Part shown: piece by piece, positions 41,500 to 61,945 of the stretch | Position numbering within the stretch: the stretch's first letter is position 1 | Layout of the letters: each line of letters starts with the position of its first letter | Source: the human T2T-CHM13v2.0 reference genome, Homo sapiens | Reading direction: 5' to 3' (one strand) | Length of the DNA: 64,000 nucleotides | NCBI RefSeq assembly: GCF_009914755.1 | Contig: NC_060926.1 | Made by a program: the position numbers and the translations under genes | Notes under the pieces: generated by a model | The model's database searches: none | What the model was told of the DNA's origin: nothing | What the model saw: only the letters and a program-made list of their open reading frames with translations

Positions 41500-42210
41500 A
41501 AATACACCTTTTATTTTTCAATAATTCTAGATTTACAGAAAAGGTGAAAAGATAACATTGATAATTCCTTTACATCCCTCATCTGGCTTTGCCTAATGTT
41601 AATATCACATGAAACTATGGTACAGAAACCAACAGTGGTCCATTAAACTCCCGACTTTATTTGAATTTCACCAGTTTTTCCGCAAATGTTCTTTTCATGT
41701 TCTAGTATTCAATCCAGGATCCCACATTGCATTTCATCATTGTGTCTCCTCAGCCTCCTCTGCTCTGTGACAGTTTCTTGGTTAATAGTTGTGAGGAGTA
41801 CTGGTCAGGTATTTTGTAGACTGTCCCTCAGCTTGAGTTTGTTTCATGTTAATGTCTCATAATTATACTGGGGTTATGAATTGTGGGAAGAATACCAGAG
41901 GTACGGTGCCCTCCTCATTACCCCAGATCGGGGGTACATGACGTCAACAGGATTTATACTGGTGATGTTCACCAGGTCACATGATTACAGTGAGCTCTGC
42001 CAGGTTTCTCCTTTGCAAAGTCTCAGTTTTTTTCCCCTTTCCATACTCTGTTCTTGGGGAGACAGTCACTAAGTCCAACCCATTCTCAAGGGGAAGGTGA
42101 GCTAAGCTCCACCCCTTGGAGGGAGGAGTATCTACATAACAGTACTTGGAATTCTTCTGTAAGAAGGATTGCTCCCCACCTCCCAGTTTATTTATTTATT
42201 CAATAATTTT
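41500..42210 (-). mobile_element. L1MC-type fragment
   Basis: tagatttacagaaaag...aatccaggatcccacattgcattt...ccaggtttctcc...ggggaggagtatctacata. Confidence 0.65.
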
Positions 42211-42599
42211 TATATATAGGCTTCCTTTTAATTAAAAGTAATAAATCCTCCTAAGTAAAAGGAGTCAGGTTATGACTTATGCCTTTAGCAAATTGACCAT
42301 CCCAGGTGAGAAGGAATAGACTCCTCTAGAGGCTGCTATTGGACATAAGAAGAGGGGCTCTGAATATAGATTAATTTCAGCTCTGCCACATATCAGCTGT
42401 GTTACCTAGGATCAGTTTCTTAATTTTTCTACTCAGTTTTCCTTTTTATAAAAAAATGGGAACACGAATACTAACAATACTATTATTATATGGGGGTATA
42501 AAGATTCAAGGAGCTAACTCACTTTAAACCAATAGCATAGGATCTTGCACAAAGTAATATTAAGTAATATTAATATGTACTATTAGGTAGTTTTTTTAA

Positions 42600-42860
<261 letters not shown>

Positions 42861-43239
42861 TGATCTATCTGCCTCAGCCTCCTAAAGTGCTGGGATTACA
42901 GGCACTATTAGGTGTTATTTATTACTCCCATGATTTAATTTTAGTAAATTAAGAAATATAAATGTACATGTGCATATAAGTACATATACAGTAACAGAAA
43001 ATCAGTGATTGATGGTATCATAAATGAATTTTCTTTTCTTTTATTTGTTTGTACATTCTAAGTTTTTATAACAAACCTTTATCATTTTTTAAATAAGAAA
43101 AAAATAATGAAAGTTAGTCCCCAGATTAGTAACATCTGGCACTGCTGAAAGTGTGGAAAATGACCACTATCTCATACCACTGCTGGGAAGAAAACTTGCT
43201 AAATCTTTTTCTGAAATATCTTGGCAATAAGTATCATAA

Positions 43240-44017
<778 letters not shown>

Positions 44018-45874
44018 TCCAGATGCTATACAGTATACATGCACAAAGACTTATCCATGCAAATATTCATGCATCAATTATGAAAGCAAACACTGGTAAC
44101 AACTGAATGCCCATATATGAATTATAGTACTGTGTGGCCAAATAATCATTTTGTAGAAGAGCATTTAATAATATTTAAAAACTGTTCACAATACATTTAA
44201 GTGACAAAGGGCAGTTATAAAAATTATGGCCAGTATAATTTTATTTCTGTAAAATAGAAAACACACAGTATTATCTAAATGGCAATAGTTATTATCTCAG
44301 GATAGGGAGATCATGAGTGACTTCCTATTTTTTATCTGGGGTTATCTATATTTTCCAGTTTGCCTACCAAAAAAAAAACTATATTATTTTTGGATGTAGA
44401 AAAGCCAGTACTATTTTTAACATGCCAATCATAGAAAATTTGGGAAATATAAAAGCAGACTGCAAAGCAGTATTATAGGATGATCATATAAAATATTCAC
44501 CAAGCACTTAATTTTACTTGTCTCTTAAGAAAGAGGGATTGTGGCCAGGCGCAGTGGCTCAACGCCTGTAATCCCAGCACTTTGGGAGGCTGAGGTAGGC
44601 CGATCACTTGAGGCCAGGAGTTCCAGACCAGCCTGGCCATTGTGGCAAAACCCTGTCTCTCCTAAAAATACAAAAATTAGCTGGGAATAGTGATGGTCGC
44701 CTGTAAGCCCAGCTACTTGGGTGGCTGAGGCAGGAGAATCGCTTTAACCTGGGAGGTGGAGGTTGCAGTGTCCAGCCTGAGCGACAGAGCAAGACTCTGT
44801 CTTAAAAAAACATGGGGGTGGGTGGGGAGGGAGGTGCAGATTGTGGGGAAATATTTGGAGGTTTAATTTTTTTTTTCAATTTTTGTATATTGCTATTATC
44901 TCTATAATCTGAAAAGTAATACAGATTTTTAAAACCCCATTTTAAAAAGGCCTTTGCTATATTTCACTATGCCCTAAAATTATCCTGTTTTTGGACTTTT
45001 AGGTTTATTTCCACGTTTTCATTATTATAAATCATGATAATGCTGTGATGAAGATCTTTGTTCTCAAACCTTTTTCTGAGTTCATTACATGCTATGATAA
45101 ATTTGAAGAAGGGGAATTCCTAGATCGGTTTGTGTATACTCATCTTAAAGCATTTTGCTTGAAATGCATGCTTGCGTACATAAAGAACAGATTCAACTTT
45201 CTGTTTCCTAGTTGAAATCAACAAGACTCTTTAGTTTATGGTTTTTAATTTACTCAAAGATTTTCTCATGAGAAAAATGTATTCTCTTTGGAAATACATT
45301 CCAGAGTCTTACTTGGAAATAATTTCTCAACCCCAATAGGAGCTTTAAAATCTGGCCTAATACTCTACCACAGAGAAATGGAGGCAACAGGTCAATGTTC
45401 ATGATTCATTAAGCTAATAATATAGTGGGGGCTGTTTCACTGGTGATATTCTAAGATAGACTTGAAAAGAGACACGTCATCATTCCCTGGTTTTGTTTTG
45501 TTTTGTTTTGTTTTGTTTTTGAGATGCAGTCTTGCTCTGTCACCCAGGCTAGAGTGCAGTGGTGTGATCTCAGTTCAATGCAACATCCGCCTCCTGGGTT
45601 CAAGCAATTCTCCTGACTCATCCTCCTGAGTTCTTGGGATTACAGGCATGTACCACCAGGCCTAGCTACTTTTTGTATTTTCTGTACAGATGGGGTTTCG
45701 TCACGTTGGCCAGGCTGGTCTCAAACTCCTGACCTTGTGATCCGCCCGCCTTGGCCTCCCAAAGTGCTGGGATTACAGGTGTGAGCCACCGCACTCGGCT
45801 AATTTTTCTATTTTTAGTGGGACGGAGTTTTACCACGTTGGCCAGGCTGGTCTCGAACTCCTGACCTCAGGTGA

Positions 45875-45982
<108 letters not shown>

Positions 45983-46804
45983 TAGTGGTGCTTTAAATAC
46001 AGTTTCATTGAAATTTAATTGATATGCCATAAAATTCACCATTTCCAAATATGCAATTCAGTGTTTTTTTAGTCACAGATTGTGCAACTATCACTATTTA
46101 TTTTTTAACAATTTCATCGTTCTTGCTTTTTGAAATTGTTTTTCCATTTTATTTTATAATTATTATACATAAAAGTGGCTTCAAACCCAGTTAAATAAGG
46201 TAATAAAGAGACATAAATAATTAAACAAATATGGTTTTGACTGCCTATTTAATCTATGTTTAACATTTCTTTTGGTCCTTTAATTTTTTCAAGGCCTTGG
46301 TTTCCTTATCTGTAAAATCAGAACTTTGGTGTGATCCCACAAAAGACTCCCTGATTTAAATTCTATCTTTTTATGTAGCATTCATATGACTGTTCACATT
46401 TCATGATAATTTTAACGCTGTCACTTTGGTTGGAGTCAAGCCTTGCATATACAGAAGAATATGCAGATAACTTTATTTACAAGGATGATGAGATGTCCAC
46501 AGAAAGAGATCATTTTGGGCTGGGTACAGTGGCTCGTGCCTGAATCCCAGCACTTTGGGAGGCTGAGGTGGTACATCACTTGAGGTCAGGAGTTCCAAAC
46601 CAGCCTGGCCAACATGGTGAAACCCTGTCTCTACTAAAAATACAAAAATTAGCTGGGCATGGGGGCACACACCTGTAATCCCAGCTACTTGGGAGGCTGA
46701 GGCAAGAGACTTGCTTGAATGTGGGAGGCGAAGGTTGAAGGTTGCAGCGAGCCAAGATCATGCTACTGCACTCCAGCCTGGGCGACAGAGTGAGACTCTG
46801 TCTC

Positions 46805-46838
<34 letters not shown>

Positions 46839-47294
46839 ATTTTGTTATAGTTGGGAGGTAGCCATGCTAAGGACACAGTGTTCTTACAAAGTTGTTTTAA
46901 CTAAGGTTGGCATTAGAGAAATCACAAGTTATCAAGATGTAAAAGTTGATGGGAAATTGAAAATGGCCCAAGCAAGGGACTTGGCTTTAGGGAGTCAGTG
47001 CTTACCAACTTTAAATGCAAAAATAAGTTAAAGATTTGGTGGAAATTTTCTGAAATTTTTAAAGGGGCTCCGCCACTTTCTGGCTACCTCTCTGAACCTG
47101 AGATTTCTCATTTGTAAAATGTGTATAACAAAACCTACTTCCTATGTTGTCTGGGAAAGTAAAGAAGAGAAAATAGATAAAGCATCCAGTACAATGCCTG
47201 GCATCTGATGAAGGCTTAATGCACTTTAGTTCTCTTGAACTGGTTAATGTACGAAGAACTTAAAGGCAATCAGAAAAGAGGTACTAGTACATAC

Positions 47295-47560
47295 ATGTTG
47301 GGGAAATGTTGGTCAAAGGATACAGAATTTCAGTTAGAAGGAATAAGTTCAAGAGATCTATTGTGTACATCATGGTGACTCTAGTTAATAACAATGTATT
47401 GCATTTATAAAAATTGCTATGAGAATAGACTATATGTGTTCTTACCACACACAAAAAGATAAGTACGTGAGGTAATGTATATGCTAATTAGCGCAATTTA
47501 GCCATTCCACAATGTATATTATTTCAAAACAACATTTGTATACGCTATGTATTATTTTTA
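47295..47560 (+). mobile_element. L1MA-type 3' end
   Basis: ggggaaatgttggtcaaaggatacagaatttcagttag...aataagttcaagagatctattg...gtgaggtaatgtatatgctaattagc. Confidence 0.78.
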
Positions 47561-49803
47561 CTCATTAATTAAAAAGTAAAAATAGTATATATGTAACTAT
47601 GATACTTGCATAAATGTGTAAAATTAAAATGAGTTGAAAAAGCCATAATTTAGCTCTATTATATATTAATGATTTGTATTTCAATATATGATAGCTGCTT
47701 TATATTTAGAATATTGATTTAAAGTATTTCTTTCCTTTTTACTACATTGTTTGAGATTTCTCCAGTTATTTCATGCTTCTTCCCTGTTTTGATGCTGTGA
47801 AATTCCCTAAAATATTAAACTGCATTGGTCATTATTGTTCTAAGGGTTTAGAAGTTCTGACAATTAGAAAAAAAACAAAAAACAAAAAGCACTAAGTTTG
47901 CCCAAGATAAAGTAAGTGATAGTTAGCAAGTTCAGATAAAATTCAAAATACTGTAAATAATGTTCTGGGACTTTTACATACTGAGAGAGTGCTGGAAAAT
48001 CTCCTGGCAGTGTTGCTAGATGGAGCCTTCTTGGGACCCTGGCCAAGGATTTACTTTAATCCTTAGGAATTTCAATTTCACTTGTATTTAATAGCTATTC
48101 TCTCCGCCATGCACATTCTTCTTTGTCAATGTTATTGATCAAAGGGCCTGTTGTGCACTTATTAGGTAAGAACAGCATTCTTCCTCTTCGGAGTGGCGTC
48201 CAGCTCATCTATTTATGGCATGCTATCATATGGCAACAAGGAGTTGAAAGTGCTTACAAAGGCAAGACTGAACAGCAGCAACAACAAAACAAAAACCAAG
48301 CCCAGTGTTAAATAACAAAACATCTTCTACCTCTTATATATCATTGGCTTGCTTAAAAAATAAAAGCTGGGCTTTTTCTTGCAAAGCAACTACACCCTCA
48401 GGATCCATTTGCCACTGTGGAGCTAGTAGCTCTCCACAGCAGACAAGAAGGAGAATGGAGATCTCAGAGTAGATCAGGAAGGTGGAAAGATGCAGGACTA
48501 GTTTCTTCCCTGTGAAGCGGGTAGAGCGCGGTCCCTAGCCAGGCCCTCTCTCTGTGCTCACCTCTCAATTCAATCTGCAACAGACCTGAGAAAAGGAGGG
48601 TGGATGGGGACACAGGAGCAGGACGATAGATGGATGACAGCTGTTTGTTATGTCATTTTATTTATTTAATTAATTAATTTTTTTTGAGACAGAGTCTCAC
48701 TCAGTTGCCCAGGCTGGAGTGCAGTGGCATGATCATGGCTCACTGCACCCTCCGCCTCCTGGGCTCAAATGATTCTCCCACCTCAAGCCTCCTGAGTAAC
48801 TAAAATTACAGACACTGGCCACCACACCCGGCTAATTTTGTATTTTTTATAGAGATGGGGTTTCACCATGTTGACCAGGCTGGTCTCGAACTCCTGACCT
48901 CAAGTGGTCCACCCACCTTGGCCTCCCAAAGTGCTAGGATTACAGGCGTGAGCCACTGCCCCGGCCTGTTACGTCGTTTCACAAAGTGTCTTAGCTGGAA
49001 GGATCCTTAAAATCATCTAATGTAGCTCCATACCCCTTGTTACAGACTGAGGGGCCAGCGAGAGAAGCAGACATACCCAATGCCGTGAGGTTAGGCAGCA
49101 GAGGTGGCCCTAGATCCCAGCCAAGGTGTTTTCCACTTTCCTACACTGCTTTGATGGATTTCTTTGGAAGAACAGACGGCCAAGGTCTGAGTTGGTAAAT
49201 TTCCAAAGCAGACACGGTTTGCTATAGGCAAATTTCCAGCTTCTCTGTTTCTCTCTTGTGGTGCCCTCCAATCCCAACCCCTAAGAAAAGCCCCAGCACC
49301 CTCCTGTTGTCCTCTGGTCACCCAACAGTCCCATCGCCCCAGCCCCACATCCATTTTCTCAGCATACCGATGACAAACAGCTCTTGGGAAAGCTATCCCT
49401 TTAAAACTGGTACTTAATCTCCCTAATCTTCTCAGTGGGATTGCTTTGAAACTCTAACTTCTAATTACATTCTAATTTTTAAATGTTAAATATTTAAAGC
49501 AGAACGAGAAAGGGATTTTTAGTCTCTTCTAGGCCAACCAGTCAATAGTGCAGATTTAGTTATGGTCTTGCTCAATTTCAAGTCAAAAAGGGCTCAACAA
49601 GAAGGGAAAAGCAAGCTGGTATGCAGACACTTTGTTGTAGGTGGGAAGTACTCTGAGCTCTCAGGGTGTGAACCCAGTAGAGCTCTCAGGAGTTTGGGGC
49701 GGTAGCAGCCTTGGGTTACATCTGGAAATTGTATTTGGAAATTGAAGAGGGGAATTCCAATGAATGCCTTGAAGTCAATTCATGACTAAGAATGCTTAAT
49801 TAA

Positions 49804-50212
<409 letters not shown>

Positions 50213-50957
50213 TAAAATATATTGTAGGGATTTATTTGAATTCAACCTAAGGTTATTTTCAAATGTAGTTTATATAAAATAGTGCTGGTTTTTACAGGGA
50301 GTTCTTATATTAGACACAATTAAATATGGAGTGATTTTCTCTGATCTGGAAATTGTAGGTAGTAGAAGGGGGAGATTAGCAAATTTGGGAAGAAGGAAAT
50401 TGGATAATGGAACTGGTCTTTGTCAGAGCAGAGAGTAGAATACTGGGGATTGGATGAAGGATGAAACTGATGAATAGGAAAGGCATTCAAATCCAAGAAA
50501 AGTAGATATTAGCTGGAGAGGAGATTAATTAGGAAAGAGGAAGGAGGAACAGCGGAAAAAAGATCTTGAAATGGGGACTTCTTCAAGATAAATAACAGGT
50601 AGGGATTTTTTTTTTTTTTTTTTTTGGAGACAGAGTCTCGCTCTGTCGCCCTGGCTGGAGTGCAGTGGCTCAGTCTCAGCTCAGTGCAACCTCCAGGATT
50701 ACAGGTGTGTACCACCATGTCCAGCTAAATTTTGTACTTTTAGTAGAGATGGGGTTTCACCATGTTGGCCAGGCTGATCTTGAACTCCTGACCTCAAGTG
50801 ATCCACCCTTCTGGGCCTCCCAAAGTGCTGGGATTACAGGTGTGCACCACCACACCCTGCCATAAGCATGGATTCTTTCTAGCTAGTACTTTCTTTTCTT
50901 TTCTTTTCTTTTCTTTTCTTTTCTTTTTTTGAGACAGGGTCTTGCTCTGTTGCTTAG

Positions 50958-51170
<213 letters not shown>

Positions 51171-52252
51171 TGAGTCAGCACCCCTGGCCACCAGCTAGTA
51201 CTTCTAATGGTTCCTTTTCTATTTTTTTCACTACAACTATTTCTCAAGGATTAGAACTGAATTTTCTTCTTACTCATAGCACTTCCTCACTGTCTCAGGA
51301 AAATAAATTGCTCATATGATTTTAGTGGCCAGAATATACAGCTTTAATTAAGATTTGTGTTTCTGGGCTGAGTGCTGTGGCTCACGCCTGTAATCCCAGC
51401 ACTTTGAGAAGCCGAAGTGGACACATAGCTTGAGCTCAGGAGTTCAGGACCAGCCTGGGCAACATGGTGAAACCCTGTCTCTACTAAAAATACAAAAATT
51501 AGCTGGGCATAGTGGTGTGCATCTGTAGTCCCAGCTGCTCAGGAGGCTGAGGTGGGAGGATGGCTTGAGCCAGGAGGCGGAGGTTGCAGTGAGCCAAAAT
51601 CACGCCACTGCACTCCAGCCTGGGTGACAGAGTGAGACCCTGTCTGAAAAAAAAAAAAAAAAAAAAAAATTTGTGGTTCTAGCCCAGATCTCCTATTCTT
51701 TCCCTAATTGTTTTTTTTTACAGCTAATCACTATAAGAAACACAATGACTGTCTAATAGACACAACATTAAATTCGTTTTGTGTCTTCCAAACCAAAAAT
51801 ATTTTTTCTTCAAAACTTAGTGGTACCACCCCAGCCAACTCTTCTATCTCTGATCATTCCAATCCCTCAGGAGATCTCTTGGAGTCACAGTCAGATTTAT
51901 TTCATGATGTTCCTGTTGGTGTTTTCTTCAAGTTTTCTGGTGAGGTCTTATGTCTTTCAGGTTAAGTTTGTTAGGCTGTTTCCTCTCGGTGGCTGCGTAT
52001 CCATTGAGGGCTGATTTTCTCCAGGTGATAGTGTTTGCTAAACAATAAGCAAACTTTTTCAAAGAGCGTCAATGAACTAAATTGGTGTAAAGAAAATAAC
52101 CTGACATATTTTTTTTGCTGTAAGATAAGAGCCTTTTCATATTAGGAATGTAAAAACCACCAAATGGAAGATACAAGCAATTGAGTAAGATGAGGTTTCA
52201 TGCTTCTTTGGGAGGGAACATGGCAACTACTGCATTAAAAAAAATTCTATGA

Positions 52253-54355
<2,103 letters not shown>

Positions 54356-55386
54356 TGCTCTTTTTTTAACACAGGCTCCATTAAAAAGAATAAAAGCAGA
54401 AATATTAGTTCAAAAGAAAATGAAAGAATTGGAGCATATTTAAATAGTGACCTCATTCATTATTTTATAGTTGTTTTTCTCTCTTTTGATCATTAGTCTG
54501 AGTTTGGTCTTCAGCCCTTTTCACCTTTTACAACCCACAACAGAAATTACTGTGATAGCCTGGAAATGAAGATGCAAGAAAGTTTCATATCCTGCAGCTT
54601 CAGTATTATAAGGGATCGGATAAATATTTTGATAAATTGAAAGAAAAAGAATCTTACAGCCTCAAAGTAAAGTTGTAAAGATTTTCTCAAGGATAAGCAT
54701 CTAGTTAGTTAGACTGGAAAATATTTTGCTAGTTTTTCCATTTGTAAGAATTTCCAACCCAAGGCACACACAAAAAAAGTTTGCCATGCCAGCTGTTCAG
54801 ATATTCCAACCAATAGGAAATTAAATAACAAGCTGTGGAATTTACATATGAAGATGACAGTTTTTTTCATTTAAATACGAAGTATTAGAAAATTAATGAA
54901 TAGCTGAGTTGAATAGAAATTAGGAGACAGAAATATTTCTTTTATTAAAATAAGCTAAAGAACATAGTCAAGTTATATATACAAATATAAAGTCACCAAA
55001 ATATTTAATCTCATATGTGGGTTTTCAAAGTATCTTAAGCTAAATTTTTAAAAACCATAATATTATGTATATTTAACATAATAAAACTAAAATTGCTTTT
55101 AGTGAATTGTTTCTAGTAGTTTAAATTACGATTAGGCTAATTATCAATGTTAACTAACATATAGCTACGACTTCAAGTGATTTGAAATATACCTGCTTCT
55201 ACACAAATATGTGCTAAAATAATAAATGGACACACAGAATCTTCAATATGACAATATTTAGACATATGGTCAATGAGTAGTGTTCATAACAGAAAGAAAA
55301 ATTTTAACTTTAAAAATACAAATCATTTATATGCCTGTTGAGTAGGATTACCAATTCTCAGCTTAAGCAAATTTTGGGGTAAATTA

Positions 55387-56002
<616 letters not shown>

Positions 56003-57190
56003 TTGAGTCCTTGCTTTTGAAACAAAAATGTACACAATTCAGATATATCTGTAAAATTTAATTATCATTTACTCAAACTACTAAAAGTGTTGCTGAAGTT
56101 AAAACTTGATTAAATGTTCTTCCTTGATGATATGCATCATATCCAATTCTTTGATGAAAACATCAAATAATGATTACATATTACTCTGCATTTTAAAAAC
56201 ACACCTATTTTATTTACACTCATTAAAATCTAGTGATAATTAGCTTCAAAACCCATTTTCATTTGGAAAATTTAACCTGTGTTAGATGGTTGCCTGTAAA
56301 CTACTATTGACATGATGGAGCTAGTAGGGTGTAGTCGTGTGTGTGTTTGCGTGAGTGTGAAAGCAAGCAAGGAAGACAGAGATGAGAGAGAGGAAGGTAA
56401 CTCCTGGCTCCTGGCTAGATCATAAACACTACAATTTTATCTTGGTGTTGTTAATGAAAAACACTCTCTAGAAAGCCTCTTGTAGTGGGAGATATGACCA
56501 GGATACAAACACTGTGTGCCATAGAGAATCACAGAACTTTAGAGTTGAAAGGGAGACTTAGAAATGATCTAGCTTCACTACTCTCTTATTTTACAAATGA
56601 GAAAACAGCAAAGCTACAGAAGGCACAGAAAAGTTAAATGTTGTGTCAAGGATACACAGAGAGTTGCAGTTTAGGCCTAGAACCTAGCTGTCCAAACTTC
56701 CAGACCAAATGATTTTTCTATTTATTTTCTCTAATGACCACTCTTATTATTTTATTTTATTTTTTGAGACAGGGTCTCACTCTGTCACCCAGGCTGGAGT
56801 GCAGTGGCATGATCTCAGCTCACTGCAACCTCCGCCTCCTGGCTCAAGTAAACCCGTCACCCAGGTTGAAGTGCAGTGGCACAATTATGGCTCACTTCAG
56901 CCTTGACCTCCTGGGCTCAAGGAATCCTCCCACTTCAGCCTCCCAAGTACAGGCCCACGCCACCACTCCTGGCTAACTTTTGTATTTTTTGTGGTAGAGA
57001 CAGAGTTTTGACATGTTGCCCAGGCTAGTCTCAAACTCCTGGGCTCAAGCAATTCACCTGCCTCGGCCTCCCAAAGTGCTAAGATTACAGGCGTGCACCA
57101 CCATGCCTGGTCCTAACTACTACTCTTAAACACCTTTAGTCTTCTCCTAAAACAAGAATGAAGTTGTTAATTTTCGTATAAAACAAACAA

Positions 57191-57226
57191 CACTCCAGCC
57201 TGGAGACTGAGTGAGACCCTGTCTCC

Positions 57227-57258
<32 letters not shown>

Positions 57259-57279
57259 GAAAAGAAAAGAAAAGAAAAG
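57191..57279 (+). mobile_element. Severely 5'-truncated Alu (~36 bp body plus tail)
   Basis: TSD ATAAAACAAACAA at 57178-57190 and 57280-57292. Confidence 0.85.
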
Positions 57280-57312
57280 ATAAAACAAACAAACACATAT
57301 GCAGAACATTAA

Positions 57313-57684
<372 letters not shown>

Positions 57685-57937
57685 TGAGTCACCACACCTG
57701 GTCCCCCAGTTTTTTAAGGATATTAATGTTTGCAAAATTTTAAGATCATTCCTCTTCTGGTGGTAGTTTTTAATTAAAAAAAAATTTTTTTTTGAGAATT
57801 CTGTGACCAGGATTAGAAATCAATGGTGGTGACAAATGACTAAGAAAGTGCTAACTTTTTGGAAAATTGTAATTTTATGGCAAGTAAGCTAAAGGAGCAC
57901 AAAACATCTTCAGGTCAGGCTCATTCCTGTAATCTCA

Positions 57938-58183
<246 letters not shown>

Positions 58184-59040
58184 TCAAAAAAAAAAAAAAA
58201 GATTTTCAAAATAACCTTAATATTGTGGTTGGGAAATCTGCAAGTGCAATGAAGAACTGTGATACACCTAATTTAGAAGGAAAAAAAACAAACTACTTTC
58301 TGTTTCAACTCTTCATCCCCCAAGAACTTAGTTTTTACCCTTTACTCAATCATCTCCCTAATCCCAAGGATTCAAAAGCTTCTTGAATACAACTTTTCAG
58401 CAATTCAGTCTAGTTAAAGTAATCTTCAAAAAGTGATCTCCTAAAAGGGCTTTGTGGTTGGGGCAAGTTGGAACAATTACATTCAAATATCACCAGGACT
58501 GAAATAGAGATTAAAGACAGAGCCCAAGCACATAGGCCACCAGGGCTGAGAGAGGTCTAACGAAATGTCCTTTATGTTGGAGCTCTAAGAATAGGCAAAG
58601 TCTGCATTTTGAATGGCCTGAAAATACTGTGAAAAGCAAACACACTAAAAAACAAACAAACAAAAAACTGTTTGGAGACTCTAAGATACGTGTGTGTGGA
58701 AAGTCTGAGGAAACCAAGGTGGGAAGAGGCCACGAAGAGGCGGAGCACAGAGGAGTGTTCAGGCGGCGTCACTCACCATGATGGCGCAGTATTTGGACAG
58801 CATCAGGAAGGAACTACATAAACAAAAGGCTTGAAAGTTGACATAAGTGAGACAGAACCCAGGTGATCCAGAAACTGCACAAGAGCCTAACAGAAACTCA
58901 TAATTACGGGATCAAGTAGGATTCTATGAAGAGTCTGGGACAAGACTATTTGCTAAAGATAAAAAATGCATTACACAGGCTGGGCATGGTGGTTCATGAT
59001 TGTAATGCCAGCACTTTGGGAGGCCGAGGCAGGCGGATCA

Positions 59041-59346
<306 letters not shown>

Positions 59347-59575
59347 TCATGGGCTGAAGGGTGTGAGAGAATTTGTGTAGTACAGAGGTGAGAGATATGT
59401 ATTTGAAACAGGAAGGAGTTACAGCTTGAGACTGGGGACCCTGGGCAACGCAGGCAGCAGCAATGCTATGCTGTGGCCTGGGCCACCCAGGGACAATTAA
59501 ACAGGCATATGGCATCAGAAGCTGATTTTTCTTTTCTTTCTTTTTTTTGAGACGGAGTCTTGCTCTGTTGCCTAG

Positions 59576-59849
<274 letters not shown>

Positions 59850-60343
59850 TAATATGACTATATTAGAGCATTTTTCTAAGCATTAGATGCTCTCTCCTGT
59901 CCCCTCCCCAGTGACACCTAAGTGATGGATTTGTCTGAGGAAAAAAAAGAGAAATGCTAGTTTGAATTAATTTTTTAATGCAAGCAAAAATAAGGAAAGA
60001 CAGTCATCCCACCATCCCTGCCAAAAACTTCGTTGTTATTTGAAACATAATTACAAGCAAAATGGGCAATGGAATGCTGTCTTATTTTCTATATGTGTAT
60101 GTGTATATCATATTTTATGTGTGTATATATGGATATGCATAAATATATTATCTATATAGATACATAATATAGAGAGATATATATTTAAGATAGCTAGAGC
60201 AGTATGAGTGGTTTGGTAATAAGAAGGCTTAAATGAAAAACATTATGAAAGCTAAAAATAAATTGTTCAGCAAAGTTGCCTTTTATCTTTTTTCTCATTT
60301 TCTTTGCACCTGTGGTATCGTCCTGTTAAAAATGCAGGAAACT

Positions 60344-60998
<655 letters not shown>

Positions 60999-61860
60999 TT
61001 ACTTAACAGGTTATATTTACACTAAGAATGTAGGCCAGATCAGATCAGCTCACTTAAAAAGTCCTTCCTTGCTGGGCGTGTTGGCGCACTCCCGTAATCC
61101 CAGCACTTTGGGAGGCCGAGGTGGGAGGATCACTTGAGCTCATGAGTTAGAGACCAGCCTGGGCAACATAACGAGACCGTATCTCTACAAAAAAAGTTAA
61201 AAATTAGCCAGGTGTGGTGGCACCCGCTGTAGTCCCAGCTACAGGCTGAGATGGGTGGATCACTTTAGCTGGGGAGGTGGAGGTTGCAGTGAGCTGTGAT
61301 TGCACCACTGCACTCCAGCCTGGGTGACAGAGCAAGACCCTGTCTCAAAAAAAAAAAAAACCCTTCCCGTGAACAAAAAACTATTGCTTAGATGTCATAA
61401 TTCCTTATTAAATGGATGCTTCTACATAACTGAATGAGATTCTCTGGGAGTTTATGTGTTTCTAGGTGCGGAAGACTTTTAGACACGAACATAGGATATT
61501 ATCATGTTTCTTCAACAACAATATATCCTTAACTCTTGGTGCTGGACATAGAAAATTTCTGGAATAAAGTGTATTTGCAAAATTTGACAACATTCAGTTA
61601 AGTATGCCAGACACGGGAGCGGAAATGAGTTAATAAAATACTCTTTAATTTTTCCTGATAGGAATATCACTGATTGCGCCTTTTTGCCTAACAGTGATAG
61701 CCCTATGCTATTATTTTATATGAGTTCCTTGTTAGCTAACTAAAAGTACTTTTAAATATTCTGCATCATTTTTGATGCCCAGGATAAAAGGCACCTAATA
61801 TGGTGCTGCAAAATTTATAATTTTAAGTATATATTTACAAATACATGTTTATACATATGT

Positions 61861-61945
61861 GTATATACGTATGTATGTCAAGTTTAGTTGGGAAAAAATA
61901 TATATATGTATATACGTATGTATGTCAAGTTTGGTTGGGAAAATA
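61861..61945. repeat. 47-bp-period tandem duplication
   Basis: GTATATACGTATGTATGTCAAGTTT(A/G)GTTGGGAAAA at 61861 and 61908. Confidence 0.9.

Noticed and set aside
51840-52030. Unique stretch with minus-strand AATAAA resembling a terminal exon
   Set aside because: No convincing acceptor or recognisable coding similarity
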